Source: Podarcis muralis (lineage: Eukaryota). Taken from it: 64,000 nucleotides of DNA. The notes beneath the pieces are model-generated. The model was not told the origin of the DNA. It was given only the letters and a program-made list of their open reading frames with translations, and ran no database searches. Shown here piece by piece: positions 60,061-64,000 of this stretch. Position 1 is the first letter of the stretch, and every line of letters begins with the position of its first letter. The position numbers were made by a program, and so were the translations under genes. The stretch is from NCBI RefSeq assembly GCF_964188315.1, contig NC_135655.1, positions 82,646,001 through 82,710,000 on the forward strand, written 5' to 3'.

Positions 60061-61467
60061 ATAAACTGGTCCCAAGCTGTTAAGGGCTATTTTATTTTAT
60101 TTTATTATTTTATTTTATTTTATTTTAGAAAGCACATACACTTCAATAACATATAAGAAAAAAGAAAGAAAATACAACTGAATTAAAATTGAACATACAT
60201 ACAAAACAAATTTGAGTTGTTATGTTCACAGTCCCTAAAAAGAATTATTAGTATTGGGAGAGGGAGGGTAGTAACATTATTTTGCTAAATTTTAAGTATT
60301 TTATTACATATAAAATATGAATATTTGAAAGATACAGAAACAAAAAATGACTAGCCCTTTCAACATCAGATGGTTTAAATTATGGGCTTTAGATAACAAA
60401 AAAGATAACAAAAAGCACAAGGAATTTTATGACCACATGATGGCAGCAACATCCCAGAGAAAGAATCTCTTAAGGATCTTCATCTCGGTTGGGATCTATG
60501 AGTAAAACTTTTTAGGACTGTGTTGCCTCAATGTCTCCAGAGTGCACAGCCATTCAACTGAAGGTTTCATTTGCCACTCTGAAGAGCAGCTTAGTATTCT
60601 CCCCATTCTGAAGCTGATGAGTAGAGAGGAAATATTGGTCTTGCCGTTCAATATGTGGTGAGTGGGCAGGACTCATAGTCTTGGTATCAGATAAGTTACA
60701 CTGAGCTAGTGTGAGTCACTGCACATTCTACCTTGGACTTTGGTTGTCCTGATTGTTTTGGGTGACTATAAAGGAACTGTTGGTATGAATCAATTTTATG
60801 TTTGGCAAGTTGCAACCAAGAGATATTGTGTTGCTGTTTCAAAGGCTAGAGGCTGCAAGATTGTCCAGGTTCAGCATTGTTGCCCTCGATCATATTCCTC
60901 TCCTACGAGCTGCATTCCTATTCTGTCCCACTTAAGGCAAGGGAGGAGGGTGGACAAAAAAACTGGTGGAGGATCAAGGCAAGAGAAGCTCCATCTGCAG
61001 GATCTCCTGCTATCTCAACCCTTCTTGATTCTGAATAATCTGTCCTTCCAGGGAGTACATAACTGCATAAGAAAGATGGTTTCTGGGCAGACCATCCATC
61101 CCTGACCATTGGCTATGCTGGAAAAGGTGTGGAGAACCTAATCAAAGGGGAGGGGGTTCAAATGTATATCAAGTGGATGTGCTGTGGTCATGAGCCTATT
61201 TTGCAATTCCTCCCCCCCCCCCTTGCATGCACACTTAACAGTCTGACACACAGCAACATAGCAAGTGAAGGTATATCTGCCATGGATATGAATGGAGGGA
61301 GCTTCCTCAGCTGCATTTCTGTGCACTTAAGCTGGTGTTCAAGGGTCAGTAAAAATGTATCTCTTGTTGTTCTAGTCTTCAAAGAATACCTATGATTTGA
61401 AGAATTTGCAGCAAAGGCAAAATTTCACCAGACACAACTATTTCCATGCACCTATAAAGCTATGGAA

Positions 61468-61811
61468 CAGGGGTCCCCAAACTAAGGTCCGTGGGCCGGA
61501 TAAGGCCCGAGGGACTCGTTTATCTGGCCCGCAGCGACCCCCGCCGCCCGCTGCTGCCGCCTGCTATTACCAGCACTGCGCTGCATGGCTGCCCACTTCC
61601 GGGTCGGAGGAGCACCCGAAATAGCTTGTGTGCATGCACAAGCATTATTTGTGCATGTGCAAGCGTTATTTCTGGTGCACCTCCAACCCGGAAGTGCACC
61701 GGAAATAGCGTGTGTGCACACGTATGGGCACGTGCTCCCCCACCCTCCAGCCCGCCGCATGATCAGCGCTGGAGACACCGGCCTGAGGCGCAGTAAGTTT
61801 GCTGACCCCTG
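61468..61811. mobile_element. hAT MITE
   Basis: CAGGGGTCCCCAAACT..AGTTTGCTGACCCCTG; TSD CTATGGAA / CTATAGAA (7/8). Confidence 0.85.
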
Positions 61812-63251
61812 CTATAGAAGCCCACATTCAGCAACCCTTATTTCATTGGTGAATTAAGTAATTGTGTTCATAGACAGGTGTCAATTTACAAAGCTTTACC
61901 TTTGTAAAGCTTCTTATGGACGGAAAGTAGGGTGCAATCTGACTGATGGCCTTTTCTTTTGAAGTCCTCCTTCACTGTGAAACCCTGGTGATATTCTGTG
62001 CTACTCCCAGTCAGAAGAGCGCCACTAAAATCAACAGGCTCAAGGAACTGACGTGCATTGATTTCAGTGGGTCTACTCTGAATATGACTTGGTGATCACC
62101 CTTTGGCTGTGACTTTTAAACAGAGCAGTATTTTATTCCATTTCTTCAAGGTAAGAGGTTGGAGGATCAGAGCCTCTGTGCTTAGAGAGAAAGAGAACAC
62201 TGCTTGAGATCAACAAAGAGCACTCGAGGTGAATGGTTAATGGCCCATTAATTTGAACAAAGCAGTTCATTCATATTCAACTAAAAGTAATAGGCAAGGA
62301 CTGAGCAGGTATAAACCAATCTTCTCTGGCCACAGTCTTCATCATACAGAGGAATGAGCTCTTTGGAAATGGACACACCACCATTTCCGTAGACTCTTTC
62401 ATAGGTCTCGCCTGTGTATTTAACTGCTGCCCAGCCTGCCAAAGTAAGTTCCCTCCTAGGGAAATAGAAAGCAACCAGATGCTCCCTCAGATTTATAGCA
62501 GATAAAAAGACTTATGTGGCGTCAAAGCGCTGGTGAAGATTTAAGTTTGAATATTCCATTAACTCTGTGCATGTGTCTGTATACATGTGTCTGTATATAA
62601 ATTTGCACATGTACTGTTCGCTGTGTTTGTGTGTCCGTAACAGAGTATGTATGCATTTTTACACTGGCATCAGAACAAGGATCAAATGTGATGGTACACA
62701 ACTGCACAAAGTGCATGCTTTTATCTATATCACTTCTGTTCCTCTGTGGATTTTGTTGAGTATACCATTGTATGCTACACCTGTGCACATGTGTAGTCCT
62801 GAATGTATGCAAGATATGGGCATGAACAGGATTTAACAGTGTTTAATCGATACATGGGTGATGCCCCCATCTTCCTTGCTTGGTGAACTGTTTGAAAAGC
62901 ACTTTGCCAATATGTGAATTTCCCTATCTTCCATTCTATTCGTCATCACCCTGAGGGTGGATGCTTCTGGGAAAGTGTCCCTGTTTACAATCTCCACCCT
63001 CTGCCAGCCAATCCTTTCACATTCCAGACACACCTGCTGTTCCACATTCACCCTTGGCCACTCTCTCCCACTGACCTTGTGCTGTGAGCCTTGATTTTTA
63101 AATCTACAGCAAAGAAAAGAGTCAAGCTGCAGATCTCGGCGTGGAAGAGCCCTGTTATACAACTTGTTGGAGAAAAGAAGTTATCTCATCTGCCGTTTCC
63201 TTGGATCGTTGCAAAAGATATCCCTTTGTAGGGCCCTGGGGGCTGGTAGAG

Positions 63252-63398
63252 ATGCAAAGAGGCTTAGAGACTCCAGACCAGTTAGGTGCCAACCGGGAGA
63301 CTCCAGGAATCCCTGAGATCAAAGTTGTTGTCGTAGGAGATGGAGGCTGCGGAAAGACATCGCTGCTCATGGTCTTTGCAAAAGGAGACTTCCCCAAG
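63252..63398 (+). CDS. RHOD: First coding exon of a RhoD/RhoF-subfamily GTPase, RhoD-like
   Basis: EIKVVVVGDGGCGKTSLLMVFAKGDFPK followed by a phase-0 donor AAG|GTAAGC at 63399; GDGGCGKT marks RhoD/F, and LLMVFA resembles RhoD rather than RhoF (LLMVYS). Confidence 0.75.
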
Positions 63399-63610
63399 GT
63401 AAGCCCTGTCTATCCACAGGATTGTTACCACCAATAATATGCTTGTTATTTGCCATACTATATCCTGCCCAAGGAAAACTGTCCAACTTTCAAAGTGGGA
63501 TTGGGTTGTTGCTCTTTTTACTGCCCTGAGGTTATCGTTCTGGGAACCTCTAAGATAGGGGTGGTGGGGAAACCTTTTTCAACTCAAGGGTTACATTCCA
63601 TTCTAGGTAA

Positions 63611-63967
63611 GGTAAAGGACCCCTGGACGGTTAAGTCCAGTCAAAGATGACTATGGAGTTGCGGCACTCATCTCACTTTCAGGTCAAGGGAGCCGGCATT
63701 GGTCCACAGACAGCTTTCCAGGTCATGTGGCCAGCATGACTAAACCTCTTCTGGTGGAACGGGACACGGACAGAAACCAGAGCACATGGAAACACCATTT
63801 ACCTTCCCTCCATAGTAGTACCTATTTATCTACTTGCACTGGTGTGCTTTCAAACTGCTAGGTTGGCAGGAGCCAGGACAGAGCAACCGGAGCTCACCCC
63901 ATCACAGGGATTTGAACTGCAAGCCCAAGAGGCTCAGTGGTTTAGGCTACAGCACCACCCGCATCCC
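63611..63967 (-). mobile_element. Sauria SINE in the Rho intron, inside a hAT-like MITE
   Basis: 13-bp TSD CCATTCTAGGTAA at 63598-63610 and 63972-63984. Confidence 0.92.
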
Positions 63968-64000
63968 TTTACCATTCTAGGTAACCTTCCAGGGGCCACA

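Noticed and set aside
63141-63251. Extended N-terminus of the Rho exon
   Set aside because: The track starts at a GTG; the first ATG at 63252 gives a normal RhoD/F-length N-terminus.

Overview
Vertebrate genomic DNA, almost certainly a squamate and probably a lacertid lizard (Sauria SINEs, Squam3-like SINEs, BovB, CR1, L2, L1, Penelope). It holds the end of an olfactory receptor (OR) cluster: two intact family-5-like ORs (convergent), four intact family-4-like ORs on the minus strand arranged as two paralogous pairs, and one OR4 pseudogene split by an L1. These are followed by a MAS-related GPCR with a single 1-bp frameshift and the first coding exon of a RhoD/F-type GTPase. Most of the remainder is transposon debris, much of it with readable target-site duplications (TSDs). 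The most interesting observations are: (1) two unrelated 5-bp-TSD solo LTRs whose U3 regions each become one long acidic-then-Arg-rich ORF after a single indel repair; (2) a probable ghost OR locus with promoter, intron and 3' flank retained but the CDS deleted at a hAT terminus; (3) a recurring homeodomain + O/E composite motif upstream of the OR4 genes; (4) a Penelope element with inverted pLTR, TSD, putative intron and hammerhead-like motif; (5) a 31-nt U6 retrocopy with TSD and an in-window empty-site control. All alignments were done by eye and no database was searched. Most six-frame ORFs are spurious (antisense to ORs, or in repeats and microsatellites).
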